Shown: positions 24,941 through 38,500, counted from the first letter of the stretch. The stretch is 62,527 nucleotides of DNA from Octopus bimaculoides (GCF_001194135.2 NC_068981.1:147339339-147401865), one strand, 5' to 3'. The notes: a model not told the origin generated them from the letters alone. A program made the numbers and translations.

Positions 24941-25330
24941 GGCACCTGTGCTGGTGACACATAAATGGCACCTGTGCCAGTGACACGTAAATGGCACCCG
25001 TGCTGGTGTCACGTAAATGGCACTCATGCCAGTGACAAGTAAGAGGCAATCATGTTAGTGACACATAAGAGGCAACCATGCCAGTGACATGTAAAAGGAA
25101 ACCGTGCTGGTGACACATACCCTGCATCTGTACTAGCGACACATAAAAGGCACCTGTGCCGGTGACTCATAAAAAGCACTCAGTACATTCTCTAGAGTGG
25201 TTGGCATTAGGAAGGGCATCCAGCTGTAGAAACCAAGCCAAAATAGACTGGAGCAGCTCTCTGGCTTATCAGCTCTAGCCAAACCATCTAATCTATGCCA
25301 GCATGGAAAACAGACATTAAATGATGATGA
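24941..25330 (+). mobile_element. Retroposon family C with a head of about 9 degenerate ~26-bp tandem units and a (GAT)n tail
   Basis: GGCACCTGTGCTGGTGACACATAAAT-type units at 24950-25185, then GTGGTTGGCATTAGGAAGGGCATCCAGCTGTAGAAACC and CAGCATGGAAAACAGACATTAAATGATGATGATG. Confidence 0.8.
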
Positions 25331-26227
25331 TGAATCTACAGCAGTTAATTGGTTAAACATTCTTTCAAATTCTTTGCATAGAATATGGAGCGAAATTCTA
25401 CCATAATCATGAACACACACATACACACACATTTGTGAATAAATATATATATAAACACACACACACAAACACATGTCTATAAAATTTATCTTCAGAATAA
25501 TTTTGCCAACTGCCTTCATAAAAGAGGATAGTTTTTAGAGTTGCCAAAACTGATTTCTAACTGACATTTTCAATACAAGCAAAAGAAAATGATAGAATAA
25601 TTTGGCATATTTCTAAGGCATGTTTGGCATTTTGAAATGAAACCAATCTAAGATGCTCTTGTTGAATTCAAGTATTATATATTTTTTGCATGATACTACA
25701 TACTTGATCAATAACTATTGATTATTAAAACAAATTATCATAGTATTATAACATAAAATATTCATAATATATACACTTGAAACATAAAATTCTTGCTATA
25801 AACCTAAAGACAAGAGATATAACAAATTTCAAAACAAACTAGGTAAATGTAAACATTAGCACTATAAATAAGGATCACAGAAGCGATTAAATCAGTGTAA
25901 GTGAATATTAAAGAGTTTGAAAAGTATTGGCTGAAAATATTCAAAAGACAATCAAATCTTAGGTTAAAAACAAAAATACTCAACTTGAGCAGTGGAATAT
26001 AAACTGAAGACTAGGCAAGCTAAGGGGTGTTGATGATGGCTGCTGCCAAACAAACCAGAACTGTTTAAAATAGCATCAGTACATAACTGAAGAATAGCTT
26101 CCTGCTAAAACTATGTACTAAAATACCAACAGCAGTAAAATTTATGGCTTGATAGCCATTCTTATTCATGTTTTATAATATACACTGCAAGTAAACCATA
26201 TTTTTTGCTTTGTAAAATCAAGGAAAC

Positions 26228-26625
26228 AGGTGCAGGTATGGCTGTGTTGTTAAGAAGCTTGCTTTTACAAATAAATGGCTTCAGGTTCAGTTCCACTTCA
26301 CAGCACCATGAGCAAGTGTCTTCTACAAAACAAGGCTGACCAATACCTTGTGAATCAATTTGGTAGACAGAAACCTGTGTGGAAGTCTATTGTGTGTGTG
26401 TGTGTGTGTGTGTGTGCTTGTATGTTTGTGTTTGTCTCCACCATTACTTGATGACCAGTGTTGGTTTGTTTATGTTCCTGTAACTCAGCAGATTGGCAAA
26501 AAAAGAGACCCATGGAATGAGCACCAGGCTTAAAAAAAAATAGATACGGGATGATTTGTTCACCAAAACCCATCAAGAAGGTGCCCAGCAGGGCCACAGT
26601 CCAATGATTGAAACATATAAAAGTT
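26228..26625 (+). mobile_element. SINE family A copy
   Basis: GGCTGTGTTGTTAAGAAGCTTGC, CAGGTTCAGTTCCAC, TTTGGTAGACAGAAAC, (TG)n and GGTGCCCAGCAGGGCCACAGTCCAATGATTGAAAC. Confidence 0.8.
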
Positions 26626-29596
26626 AAAAAGATAACCTCCAGCTAACAGTTCTAGCAGAACAACACAAACTTTATAATAATAAATCATGTCAGTTGCTGC
26701 TTCTGCCGCTGTTGTAGTTCCGTCATAGATATCAACAATAACAATAAGGTGAGACTAGAGGGAAATTTACATTTCAAACAGGCTGAGTGACCACACTGAA
26801 GCTCCCTTGTTGGCAAAAACTGATTGTATAAACACTAAAGTGATTAATAAAATAGAGAGAGAGAGGGGGAAAAAAATGATTAGTTGGATATGTTTATTAG
26901 AGAGAGGATATTAAAATTTGAAGTTTTAAAAGATGCAAGTTCATTTTAAATTGATACCAGAGATTTGACTTTGTCAGTCAGTCAGTCAGTCAGTCATTTA
27001 TAGTGAAGGAAAGGGAGGTAGAGGAAATACCATTAAATGAAATGATTCCAACGAAAATGTCTCACTAATCACATGTTGGTATGCAGCAAAAGTTCTGAGG
27101 GAGTTATAATTTCTAAACATTTCATTTTGTAGAGAATGTTCATTAAACAGAGCCTTTATCAAATACCAAATTAGCCAAACAGTAGCACAGAGATTGTGAA
27201 TAAAACCACTGACTGGAAACCAAAGTGTTGTTAAGCTGCTGTTCAAAGATCAGTTTGCTTGTTCTCTGAAAACAAATTTACACATGGAAATTTATAGAAA
27301 ACCAGAGTCAGCAGGTGAAGCTATTGTTTAAGCAGAGTATCTCTGTTGAATTTTCAATGGTTCTTCAAAAAGGCTTTTATTATAGAAGGGAAAAGGAGGA
27401 TCAAGTTGGCATATTGTGGTAATAGTTCTCTGAATTTTTATAATGTCATTATTAGATATCTAATGTGTTCAAGAAAGTTTAGCAGTGAGAATTTTTACAC
27501 TAACTAGGATAATACAAAGTAATTTAATGCAAAGTTTCTTTGTGATATATGTGTGTGTGTGCGTGGAGAGAGAGAGAGAGAGAGAGAGATGTTCAATACC
27601 ACTGTCATGGCCTTAAAAGTTTTGAAGTCAAATAGACAGGATAACCAGTCTATAGGGAAGAGTGAGAAGAAGTCTAATGTTAGAATTTGTCAAGAAACAG
27701 AGGTTCCTATTCAGACTTGAACTTGTATTTTTTCTCATTTTCTTTACATGTAATATTCCTATAAAATTCAACTACATAACCATTATTCACAGATATTGAG
27801 AAGATTCAAACAGTATTTACTCTTAAATCATTCATCTACTTCTAGCAGACATCATCTAAAAGTAATATTCAAATTACTTCAAACCTGGTTAGTTTCACTG
27901 CATAAAAATTACCTTATGGTTTGCTGTGAGATCTAGATTTTTTTTTATATATTACAACCTATAGAAGGTCTACTTAAAGAGTAAAATGGTAAATTATCTA
28001 CTTTTTTTAACCACTTAAATTTAAACCTTTGCTTTTTTTACAGTAAAAAAAGACAAGAAAGCAAAACGATTTGGTGGGAGGTGGGTATTAAAACTCATCT
28101 TATCTTCTTCAGATTAACTCTATAAATATTTGTATTATTTAAGTAGAAGATTACAAACCTTACAAAGAATGGATTTTTAATGAGAAATATAAAAATAGAG
28201 AGAAGAAAGACTACCGAAACTTCCAACTGTGCAATGACATGATAAAAATGCAGCCAGTTTTTCAAAATGTAATCAGCATTGATAAAGGGAAGCAAGCAGC
28301 TATAAAAGTTCCTTGAGAAATAAACTCTTCCATTTAATACAAGTAGAGAATATTGAGATTGAAGAGAGGGAGCCTTTGCAGTTATGGTGGCAGTAGTAGT
28401 GGTAATGGTCACACGATGATTGGAATAACAATGATAACAGTTAGGCTAAACAGTACAATTTCAAAAAGCAATTAACAACAAAAGATTTCCCTACTACATT
28501 ATTATAATTCCACAATGAATTTCTAGTAGCTTGACAGTTTGCTTTTCTTGGGTTAACAGAAAATCTATTATCTATGTTCAGTGCATGAACCAAGAAATTG
28601 CTGAATTAAAATAAGCTAAAAGGGGTCACACAACACTTTCAGGGTTGACTAATAACTTTGTTTTACACTTGTTGCCCAAGAATTCATGTTATACATACAG
28701 AGTGTTAATCATCCTGTCTTTTAATAACCTTGAGAGGTATCAATGCCCATCTAGGTAGCCAAGGAGAGCAATGTTATGTATTTTGAGTCAAACACCACTA
28801 CAGAAAAGTTAAATTCTCAATCCACATAAACCATTTAAAGAAAATAAAAAACAAAAAAACCCATGTCTTTGGATATTCTGAATGTTCAAGAATATATACC
28901 AAATTACTTTACCAAGAATGAATAAAATTATTTCTATTTTGCTCCTTCCTTAGAGCTGCAATTTCTTGAGCCCCGTGCAGACACAAATGGATGCGTACAT
29001 GCACACACACACACACACACATTAAACAGTATTTCACAAACACATTTTTTCAACAATCTCTGCAACCTGAAATAATCTCGTTAACAAATACCTTATTTTG
29101 CAAGGGCCTAAAAAAAGTTGAAGACATTGGCCATTCTTTTCAGGCTCAGGAGAGTTTAAGCTCATGTGGATAGATCAAAACTAGCATACACTTATTTGTA
29201 TGCCTGAACTTATGAGAATAGTGAAGTATTGAATAACTGTCAGTATTTAACAATTGACAAAACCCAGAAAGAAATTTTGAATGACTGACAAACAATACTT
29301 GGTTATTTATTACTCATCATATAGCAACAACGAATCAGCGTAGCATATATTTTGGTAGATTGCTAAATACAGGAACCAAGCACTAATAAATAACCTGAAA
29401 TTAATAATAAACCAAGTTGTACAACAGATAATCTTTTAACATATCAAAAGTAATATATTTGAGTATATTAATATTGATAATGTAAACAAAAGAACTAATT
29501 TTTTTATATCAAAATATTAAGTGCACTAATTTAATGAAGACAAATCTTAGTTATTCTATTATTATTATTTGAGATCTCAGTGGGAAACTGAATATG

Positions 29597-29632
<36 letters not shown>

Positions 29633-32097
29633 GCACATACATTTATTTCTTAGTTCCTTTGTTGTTGGATAAACAATTCAATATCATGAGTGCAGTGTAT
29701 TGCCCATAGCTTTCTTGAGTTTGATACTTTTATATATATAGTTCTAAATATACCAATAATTACATTCAGTGTAGTGAGCATCTAGTTACATTCTTCATGA
29801 ACTGAAGTAATATTTTCCTTCTGGATTCTATCCAACTCACTTTCATATCATTAATGACTGCAAGGAATGCATAATCAATATCACAACCCTTTCTTCCATT
29901 CCTTGTAAATCAGATACCTTATACAGAAGTACAAATATTGTTTATATTTAGTCATTGTTCATATTCAACTTTTAACAGGAGAAAAGGTAATGCCCATGAC
30001 TTCCTCCTTTTCTACTGGTGGGAGAAAGAGAAGAAGGTATCTTCAAACAGGGGTTCTGGCCCAAATGCATACAACAAAGTAAGCTCCACTAAAGGTATTC
30101 TAGTACCATGTCATAATCTTAACCCCTTAGCATTCAGATTTCTTTGTCAAATTTATTGCTTATCTATTCACATTGTTCCAAATTAGTCACACATTATTTT
30201 GTAGCTTCAAGATTTCAATTGTGTTTGTATAGTTTTAGAATGATACTGTTGGGTAGGTGCGAGAGGTTCAATCTGGTTTGTTTTAACATAAAACAGGTAG
30301 AATACTGGGGCTGGGTATAACTGGATTAAATGCCAAAGGGTTAAACCAAATGACAGATGAAGCCTATCACTCAAGTAAGCTAAATGTCATCATCATCATT
30401 TATTTGTTTTCCATGCTGGCATGGGTTGGATGGTTTGACAGGAGCTGGCTGGCTGGATACCCTTCCTAACATCAACCACTTTACAGAATGTACTGGGTGC
30501 TTTTTCTACATGGCACAAGCATGGGAGCTTTTTATGTGGCACCAGCACCTGTGAGCTCACAATATCAAAATATATCAATAATATTTCACAAGTTAGATTA
30601 TATTCAGAGTTTAGTAGATTGGATTAAATATTTCCTCACTTCTATCAACAAGTCATTATTTTTGTAAGGTTTATAGATAACAAAATTAAGTATGAAATCT
30701 TCATCACAAAATGTTTCATATCCTCCGCTATAAAATAGAATTGTGGACACTAACTTCAGTGGTTGTTTGTTTCTAAAGAGAAATCTAGTGAGCTAATCTA
30801 CAATTTATAAAAAATTAGAATGTGCTACACAAGTGCATTTTCTTTTTTAAAAAACTCTGTCATCATGATTTATCAATCAAACCTTACTCTGGAATTTGTA
30901 GTGCATGAACACATGAATGTGTTATTTTTATATCCATTTTTCCATGCTGGTATGGTTTAGATGGAACCTTTTGAGGTAGAGTTTTTACGCTAGATGCCTT
31001 TCCTGACGTGAAGCTTTTTAGCTGCCTTTTATATAACATTCAGAAACAAATATATGTTGATGATATTACGTATAAAATCAAACTCAACTGCTTAAGCAGA
31101 ATTTGATTCAATTACAAGACATGCTCCTGTGACAATACAAGTTATAAATTTCATACTTGTCTAAACTTCTTGTCTGTACATAAATTGATTTGTTAGTAAA
31201 AGTGTTAAAAATCCATTTTATTTCTGATAAAAAAAAAAGGTAAAACAAAGATAAAAATAAACCATGATCTCTGAAGGCAAACGATCAAGTGGTGAAGCCG
31301 TTACTAAATATGCTGAAGAGTATGAGAATAGGTCTTGCTGGGAAAGAACTTGGAAAAATTAGTGACAGGGCTGGTGGAGAAAAAAAAAAACAAAACAAAA
31401 AAACTATAAATTACAAGAGGGCAAAACATGTTCAGAATATACTGTCTCCTGATATGAGAAATTAGAGAAAAATTTAAAGACTTGGACATGTAAACTATGT
31501 GTGGACGAACTTGTGCATATGCTACACCTCCACCACTATTTCAGCTCTCCCAGGATACATGTAAAATAATATAACTCAATAGTTCTATGATTCAGTAAGG
31601 CAATGTACCAGATTCATCAACAGAAATAGGCTGTCAGTATTATGCAACTAGAACTAGGCTGGATATTGTCATACAATGAGTGAAAGACATGTGAAAAGTA
31701 TTCCAGGTGAAATAGTGATGAAGTCTTTTTTTTTTTTTTTATATAAAAAAAAAGAGTGGTATTTCCAATGTGACGGATGGCACAGAAGATGAATTATTAA
31801 ATGAAAAGCTTTTAGAGCAAAAGAATAAATATATACCCAATTTAGATAAGAGTTTAACTAACAAACTGGGTTTGTTTAGGTTAAATGAATTTATTACTAT
31901 GTGTTTGCTTTGATGGTTATGAAATGATATGGACTTTTTTTTGTACAACAATAGTGACAGAATTCTGAAGATTTGTTAGTGATGATTGACTATAAACTTT
32001 CACCACTAACTCTATTGATAATATTTTGTAAATATATTTGTAAGAAAGTTAATTGAAATTATCTAAGTTTTTATTTCATTCTCACACAGTATCATGA

Positions 32098-32138
<41 letters not shown>

Positions 32139-33739
32139 TGTGTGTATACATATAAAATCATTATTATTGTTTTAACATCCATTTTTCCATGCTCACATGG
32201 GTCAAACAGAATTTGGTGAGGCAAATATTTTATGGTCAGATGCTGACCCTGTTGCCAACCATAACCTGTTTCCAAGTAAAGTATTATTTTTCCATGAGCA
32301 GACATGTTTTCATGAAAGGTTGGACAAGTATAACACCATTTTGTTTGACTGATATTTACAATTATTATGTAATATCAAGACAAGGAGACAATAGCACAAA
32401 TACACACATACATATCTACACATGCACGCATGTGCGCATGCGCACACACACACACACTCCAAGCATGCAAAACTCATGCAGTTCTCTATAGGCTCACTGT
32501 AAGCCTAGTTGTTACTAAATGCTTCAAATATTGTCAATTCATTAGGAGCGGAAAACTAAAAGCACTAGTTTATCTCTATGTTCTGGGCATAATGGCCCCT
32601 TTAATTTTTTTTTTTTGCTGTGCACAGAAATTTGAGTGCAAATTTTGTTTTTCTTAGCAAAGTATACACAAGTAACTATCTTAGCAGTCAATTCACTACA
32701 TATTGATATAATTAAATACCCCCTCACCCATACACCACAAAAAATAAACTTACTAACAGGCTTATGTTTAATTTATATATTTCTAATTAAAAAGCAAATG
32801 CAAAACAAATCTTTTGGTACATTAAAAGATCTGCCAGAAAAACAAAAAACAAAAAACCCCCCAAAACTGAAGTAGTTTCCTTTTAGACTAATGCAACAAT
32901 TATTCTAATAGTTATATTCAAATTGTCTTTGGTTCTCTTGTACTTGATCATATTGTTAAATTGGATTTATGAGAGTAACTGTAGAACAGAAACTGCTAAA
33001 ACCATATTCTTCCAGATTCTTTCATTTGAAAAAAATTCAACAATTTAAATTCTAGCTCAGTTTCAACTTTACATAAATGGTTTCAGGGTTAGTTACATTT
33101 TAACTGCAAGATAAAACCTGTCCATTGCATATTGAATGTAAAGGGTTATTTACATTAAGATTGCTTGGTGAAAAAAGAAGGGGAAAAAAAAAAGAAAAAA
33201 AAAAAAAGTTGGAAAGTCAAAGTAACGAAAACAAAACGGTTTATAAAATTGAACGATGCAAAGAAAAATACCCATAAAATTCAACAATAAAAAAGCTGTT
33301 TTAACTGAAAAAGCAAATATAATTCAGAGAGAAAAATTTACTTTAAAACAATGACTTCAGTATATTCAAATAGAAAAAAACAAAAACAAAAAACAAATGA
33401 AATAATGTACACAACAAATACACATACACATGTATAAACACTGTGTACATACATGCATATACACTAGCATACACAGTATAATGTAAAGCTGAGTTCTTGC
33501 ATGTTTCGATTTTGGAATTATATTTTTAAATGTGAATGAAATAAATATCCAAGTTATAGCTGCAAAGTCATCTTGAACAGAAATGTCAGCTTTAAATAGT
33601 CTCCTTTATGTTCTTAATGTGTAGCTCCAGATCACCCCTGAAGCAGACCTGTAATAAAAGACATGTTAGGTGCAACCATACCATTTTTTTAAAGTACTCA
33701 TTTTGAGACAATGCATCTCAGTCTGCATTAAGCAATGTG

Positions 33740-34920
33740 TCCTTCCATTTTTAAAACAATAGGGTATGATTTGAAGGCTGCTGTTTACAACAGGTCAAAT
33801 GACCATTTAGAAGAAATGGTCAGTAAAATGGAGACTAGCTGTTTGTATATTTCAAAACTCTCAAGAAAGAATTTTGTGGAAAAAATACAATTATTGTGTT
33901 GTTTGTCAACATCAACTAATTTGTTTAAAACAGTCTGGTAACATCATACAGTATACTAAAAGCAACAAACTGCACACTGTGGCCAAATCATTGGTGATGC
34001 CCATAGTGAGTATCTGTGATAATAAAAATGCAAGTGATGTGCTGAAACATTCCTTTACCTTTTAGGCACCAAAAATCATCAAAAGTCAAATCAATGAACT
34101 GGCAAACAATGTAAAAAATCGGTTAATTGAAGATCATGAACTGGAATTTTCCATACAGCTGACTGAATCTAGTGTCAATAACAAAAGTTACATTACTAAT
34201 AGTGTACATCAGATATTTGGATATTAGGGCATTTCAAGAAATGTTCTTTATAAAAAAAGAGAGATAGATGCAACAGGTGAATCTCTCATTGGTTAAATAC
34301 AATTTTTTCTTTTCACTACAAACAATATTCCTCTTGATAACATATTCTTTGCACAACTGATGGAGTTCTCAGAATAATTGCTTGGTATCAGAGCTTCGTA
34401 ACAAAAAAAAAAAAAAAAAAAAAAAAGTTCCAAACCCAGAGTGATTTACTTCATTGTTGAAAAATTAGGAAAAATGTTTAAAATTTACTCCTCCACTCTG
34501 AAGAATGATGGCATTTCAAAGGCTGCACCAATTTATGAACTGACATTTCTCATTAAAGTGAGAGCATAGATTGAAAGGCAAATTATTTGGCAGGTTCAAA
34601 AATTTATATTTTGAACATAGCAAGATGCCCATTTTTAATGATGTTAATATGCAGCTTCAGGGAAGGAATGCAACACATTAATGTTGCATGTTTTATTTTT
34701 AATGAGAAAATGCAACATATTGTCACCATGCCCAATGTTTCATTGGGAATGGTAGAGGAAGTATTAGACAGTAAATATATGCATTTTGGCAAACATTTGA
34801 AATTTATTTCAGATGATTTGGAATCATGGTGTGAGGATATCATTAACATAGGCGTACCCAGCTGGATCTCCGATCCCTTCGGTATTGATATGGATGAGCT
34901 GAAGGATTCATTCTCATGTT
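33740..34920 (+). pseudogene. Highly decayed hAT transposase of the Buster/Charlie type (ZBED5/SCAND3-like domain)
   Basis: Colinear motifs across frames: CVVCQ, KSNKLHTVAKSLVMP (cf. KKPHTIAEELILP), FSIQLTESS (cf. FALQLDEST), CTTDG (cf. CTDGA), FNDVNMQLQG (cf. LNxLNLQLQG) and WISDPF (cf. WIxNPF). Many stops and frameshifts; TIRs not identified. Confidence 0.7.
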
Positions 34921-35659
34921 GTGACATAATATTGAAGCAAAAACGACACAGGATTATGCTGTCATCTGTACAAACAAGGACATTGGTGCTAGATATCCAA
35001 ATTTTCAACTGAATGTTGAATTCCTGCCCCTTTCCTTTCCCCACTCAATATCGTTGAAAGGGAATCCTCTAGGAAGAATTATACACTGACAAAATCATGA
35101 AATTGTCTCAATATTGTGGAATGAGGAGACATATATCTTAAACACAATCTTTGCCAAATGTTGTGGCTCTTGCTAAAAAGCATCAAACTCAAAGAACACA
35201 CTATGTAACATTTATTACCTGATGTAATACCAGGTTTGTGTGCATAGTCTTTGCTTTTTTTTCTTCTTGCATCAATAATAAGGTGCACAAATAAACATCC
35301 ATAGAAAGGAGGTGATTTTGCTGCTCTTGCATTTTCATTCCAGAGTTTGGGACACTAAAACTTTAAACTTAGATGTCTAATTAATTAAACTTTAATAAAC
35401 ATAATTTAATCTATTAATTTTTAAATTATTGTAAGTTTGGAGGACATTCTAACTATGATATCTGAAAGTGGGTGACACATGAAAGGAGGGGGCTTAATAC
35501 TGATATAGGGGTTCCTTTATTAGCTTACCAGTAAAGGAACTTCTGTATCGGTGCAGGATATGTGAAAATGATAGTTAGTACTGAGTCAGTGAAAGAAACA
35601 ATCTTTGGAATGAAAGATAATACATAGTATATATTAGTAACACTATTAATACCAGAGGT

Positions 35660-35917
35660 AATATTTATCCCCATTTAAACAGGATGTTCTGTTTGAACAA
35701 ACTTTACTGCAGTAGATACCATGAAAGAAAACTCTCATACTGGCTTTTGGTACAAAATGCACTCTAGTTTATACCTCTAGTGGGGAGATAAATCCCTGCT
35801 AGTGATATAAATGAGTGCATTTTGTACAAAATGCCAATATGAGAGTTTCTCTCATGGTATCTACTGCTGTACAGTTTGTTATAACAGAACATCCACCTTT
35901 ATGTAGGGATAAATATT
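35660..35917. repeat. Near-palindromic fold-back element (about 125-bp arms, about 6-nt loop)
   Basis: Left arm AATATTTATCCC...GGATGTTCTGTT...GCAGTAGATACCATGA...ACTCTCATA...TACAAAATGCACTC is mirrored by the right arm; centre CTAGTGGGGA-GATAAA-TCCCTGCTAG. Confidence 0.85.
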
Positions 35918-36054
35918 TTCTCCCTATTATACACAGTATATGATAGAAGGACTATGAAACCAAGAACAGATGTGATCAAAACAAGAGACAAAAGCATGAT
36001 GAAGGAGAGGGATCTGGTCATGGGTAAGACACAGAAAGTAATTTAATGTTTTCG

Positions 36055-36305
36055 TAGGTGCAGGTGTGGCATATATGTATATATGCGTGTGTGTCTCTGT
36101 GTTTGTCCCCCTATCACCACTTGAAAGCCGGTGTTGGTGTGTTTACATCTCCATAACATAGCAGTTCAACAAGAGACCAATAGAAGTACTAGGCTTAAGA
36201 AACAAGTCCTGGGTCAATTTGTTTAACTAAAACCCTTCAGGGTGGGGCTCCAGCATAGCTGAAGTCAAATGACTGAAACAAGTACAAGAATAAAAGAATA
36301 AGACA
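36055..36305 (+). mobile_element. SINE family A copy with internal deletion
   Basis: A short head GGTGCAGGTGTGGC joins directly to the TG spacer and the 3' half (TTTGTCCCCC...CCAGCATAGCTGAAGTCAAATGACTGAAACAAG). Confidence 0.7.
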
Positions 36306-38279
36306 AAATTGCATGACCCAGATGAGATTCATTAATGGAAGAAATGGTTAACTGGTGGGAAATATTATCACTCTCAGAACATAGAATTTCAAGAGTATAA
36401 AAGAGTGAGGGTTTGCTTGGGTAACAGACAAATTATTGGTCACTGAAGGAAATGAGAATCAAAATGAGTTTTTGTCATTTAGCCCCAGCAGACAAGAAAG
36501 AAAGAAAAAAAAAGTAATTCCAACAATGATCATTCAATCTTTTTCTAGGAGCAATGTATCCTGGAATGCATTATCCAATGTGTTGTTTTTTTCTAAGACA
36601 GCAGAGTATAATGTAAGGAATATTTGGTTGTTAGTTATAGCATGTTGGATTCTTCTTGCATGGTTTAATTCATATGGTGTGGCATCAAGAGACAGACATC
36701 AACATGTGTTGATGTATTAAGTAGAATCAGTGAAACTCCTTGATCCAGAGGATTGACTGGGTGTAACCCAACGGAAGAATTTCACATGAAGGCTAACATA
36801 ATGTATTATTATTAGATGCAATTATGAAAGCAACACATTGTTGATGGGAAATGGTATCATTCTATTAGAAGATGAGACTGTCTGGGATTGATCTACGATA
36901 ATTAAAAACGTATTTGAGTAGTAGGAACAGAGTAAAAACGATGATGTCTGTGGAAGAGGTGTTGCCAAAGGTTGCCTTGAGTTTAATTAAAAAGGAAAGA
37001 AAAATAAGTTAGATTTAGTAGATATGTGCTTCTAAAAAACTATAATTCATGGCTGCAATAAAGAATGCTCTATGGTATTTATCCTGTCAGATTTGCAGAA
37101 ATGGTCTCTTTTCACTCTTGCCATCATAAATGCAGTGAACCTGTGCTTGGCCCATTGTAAACTCGTAACCAACTATTGTTCACAAAATAGGTGAGTTATG
37201 ACTTCTATTTTATTAAAGCTCAATATATTACAAGTATGACATCACTGAATAAACATAGATAGCTGGAATATAGATGGATATAGCAAACATGGTTTTTTTT
37301 TATATTCTTGTGATCCTAAGGTTAGCCAGTGGAGACTTGTTAAAAATCTGAACAGTTTATTGAGCTAGAGGAGTAGACAATTTAGTACAGAGGTTGCATT
37401 TTGACATACATGTGTGTGTTGAGTAAGTCAAATCTGAACTCTTGTTCATACTGAAGTCTGCCCTGGTTGAGCAGGCCTATAATCAAAGGTAGTCCAGCTG
37501 TGATTATCTTGTCTTTTTGTCCAGCTATTATAAAATTCATTGACATTTATTGGCGTGTTAATTTTTTTAAAGTGGTAGGCTGTGATGTGAGAGATTTAGC
37601 TGCTATTATTTACAGTTCAAGAAATTGAATAAAAGCTCCACTGATTTGTTTGAATTGGTGAACTGGCTTGAATTGGTAGGATAGGCAATAACATTTTTGA
37701 AAATTTCAGGTGATGGAGAAATAACAGTTTATAGGAGGCACTTATGGAGTTGGGGTGGGGGAACAGAAAAAAAAAGAGAGATTGGGAGGTGTAGGCAGAA
37801 TTTACACTGAATTTGAATAGTTTTGAATTTTAAAATCTCTGATGCCAATAACATACACAAATAGCACCTTATTATAGTTTTGAAATGTAGAATGAGATTG
37901 ATAGGAATACAAGTGCTAGGTTCAGGAAACAAGATCTGGAGGTTATACCTAATGTCATTCTTAGTATTAAGAAGCAAAAGGATCTAATTTGTAGTTTAAG
38001 CAGGGAAAGCTGGAATGCTGATGGGAAAAAGATGTAATTTGTGGAGGTGCTAGGAAAGGAATTAGAGACAAATCAGCAAAAATAACCATTCTTTGTTCCC
38101 CCCACCCAATACACTCACACAACAGAGTTGCTGTTGAGGACATTAGATTTCAAGCAACCAACATATAAATTGGACCAATTATAGTATTTTGTTGGCATGT
38201 AGGCAGTGTAATGAGACAATTTCAGACAGAACTGACTGGGCTTTTCATTGTTTGAAGTTATTATTAATACTATATAACA

Positions 38280-38500
38280 AGGCAATGACATGGCAGAATT
38301 GTTAATATGACAGGCAAAATGCTTAGTGGATTTCTTCTAGCTCTTTATGTTTTATGTTCAAATACCACTGACACAGAGGTGAACTTTGCTTTTCATCCTT
38401 TCGGGGTTGATAAAATAAAGTACCAGCCGGGCACTGAGAGTTGATGTAATTGACTAACCTCTACTTAAATTGCTAACCTTGAGCCAAAATGTTAAGCCAT
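38280..38500 (+). mobile_element. SINE family B copy
   Basis: GGCAGAATTGTTA...AAATGCTTAG...GCTTTTCATCCTTTCGGGGTTGATAAAATAAAGTACCAG. Confidence 0.75.

Noticed and set aside
24950-25185. CRISPR-like array of ~26-bp repeats
   Set aside because: Units are contiguous and degenerate with no unique spacers, lie inside a multicopy retroposon, and no cas genes are present in this eukaryotic context.
28143-28316. Plus-strand open frame EDYKPYKEWIFNEKYKNREKKDYRNFQLCND...
   Set aside because: About 57 codons with no start, no convincing splice context and no recognisable homology; expected by chance in purine-rich DNA.
34604-35044. 146-aa minus-strand ORF
   Set aside because: Antisense shadow of the decayed hAT transposase; no recognisable motifs.
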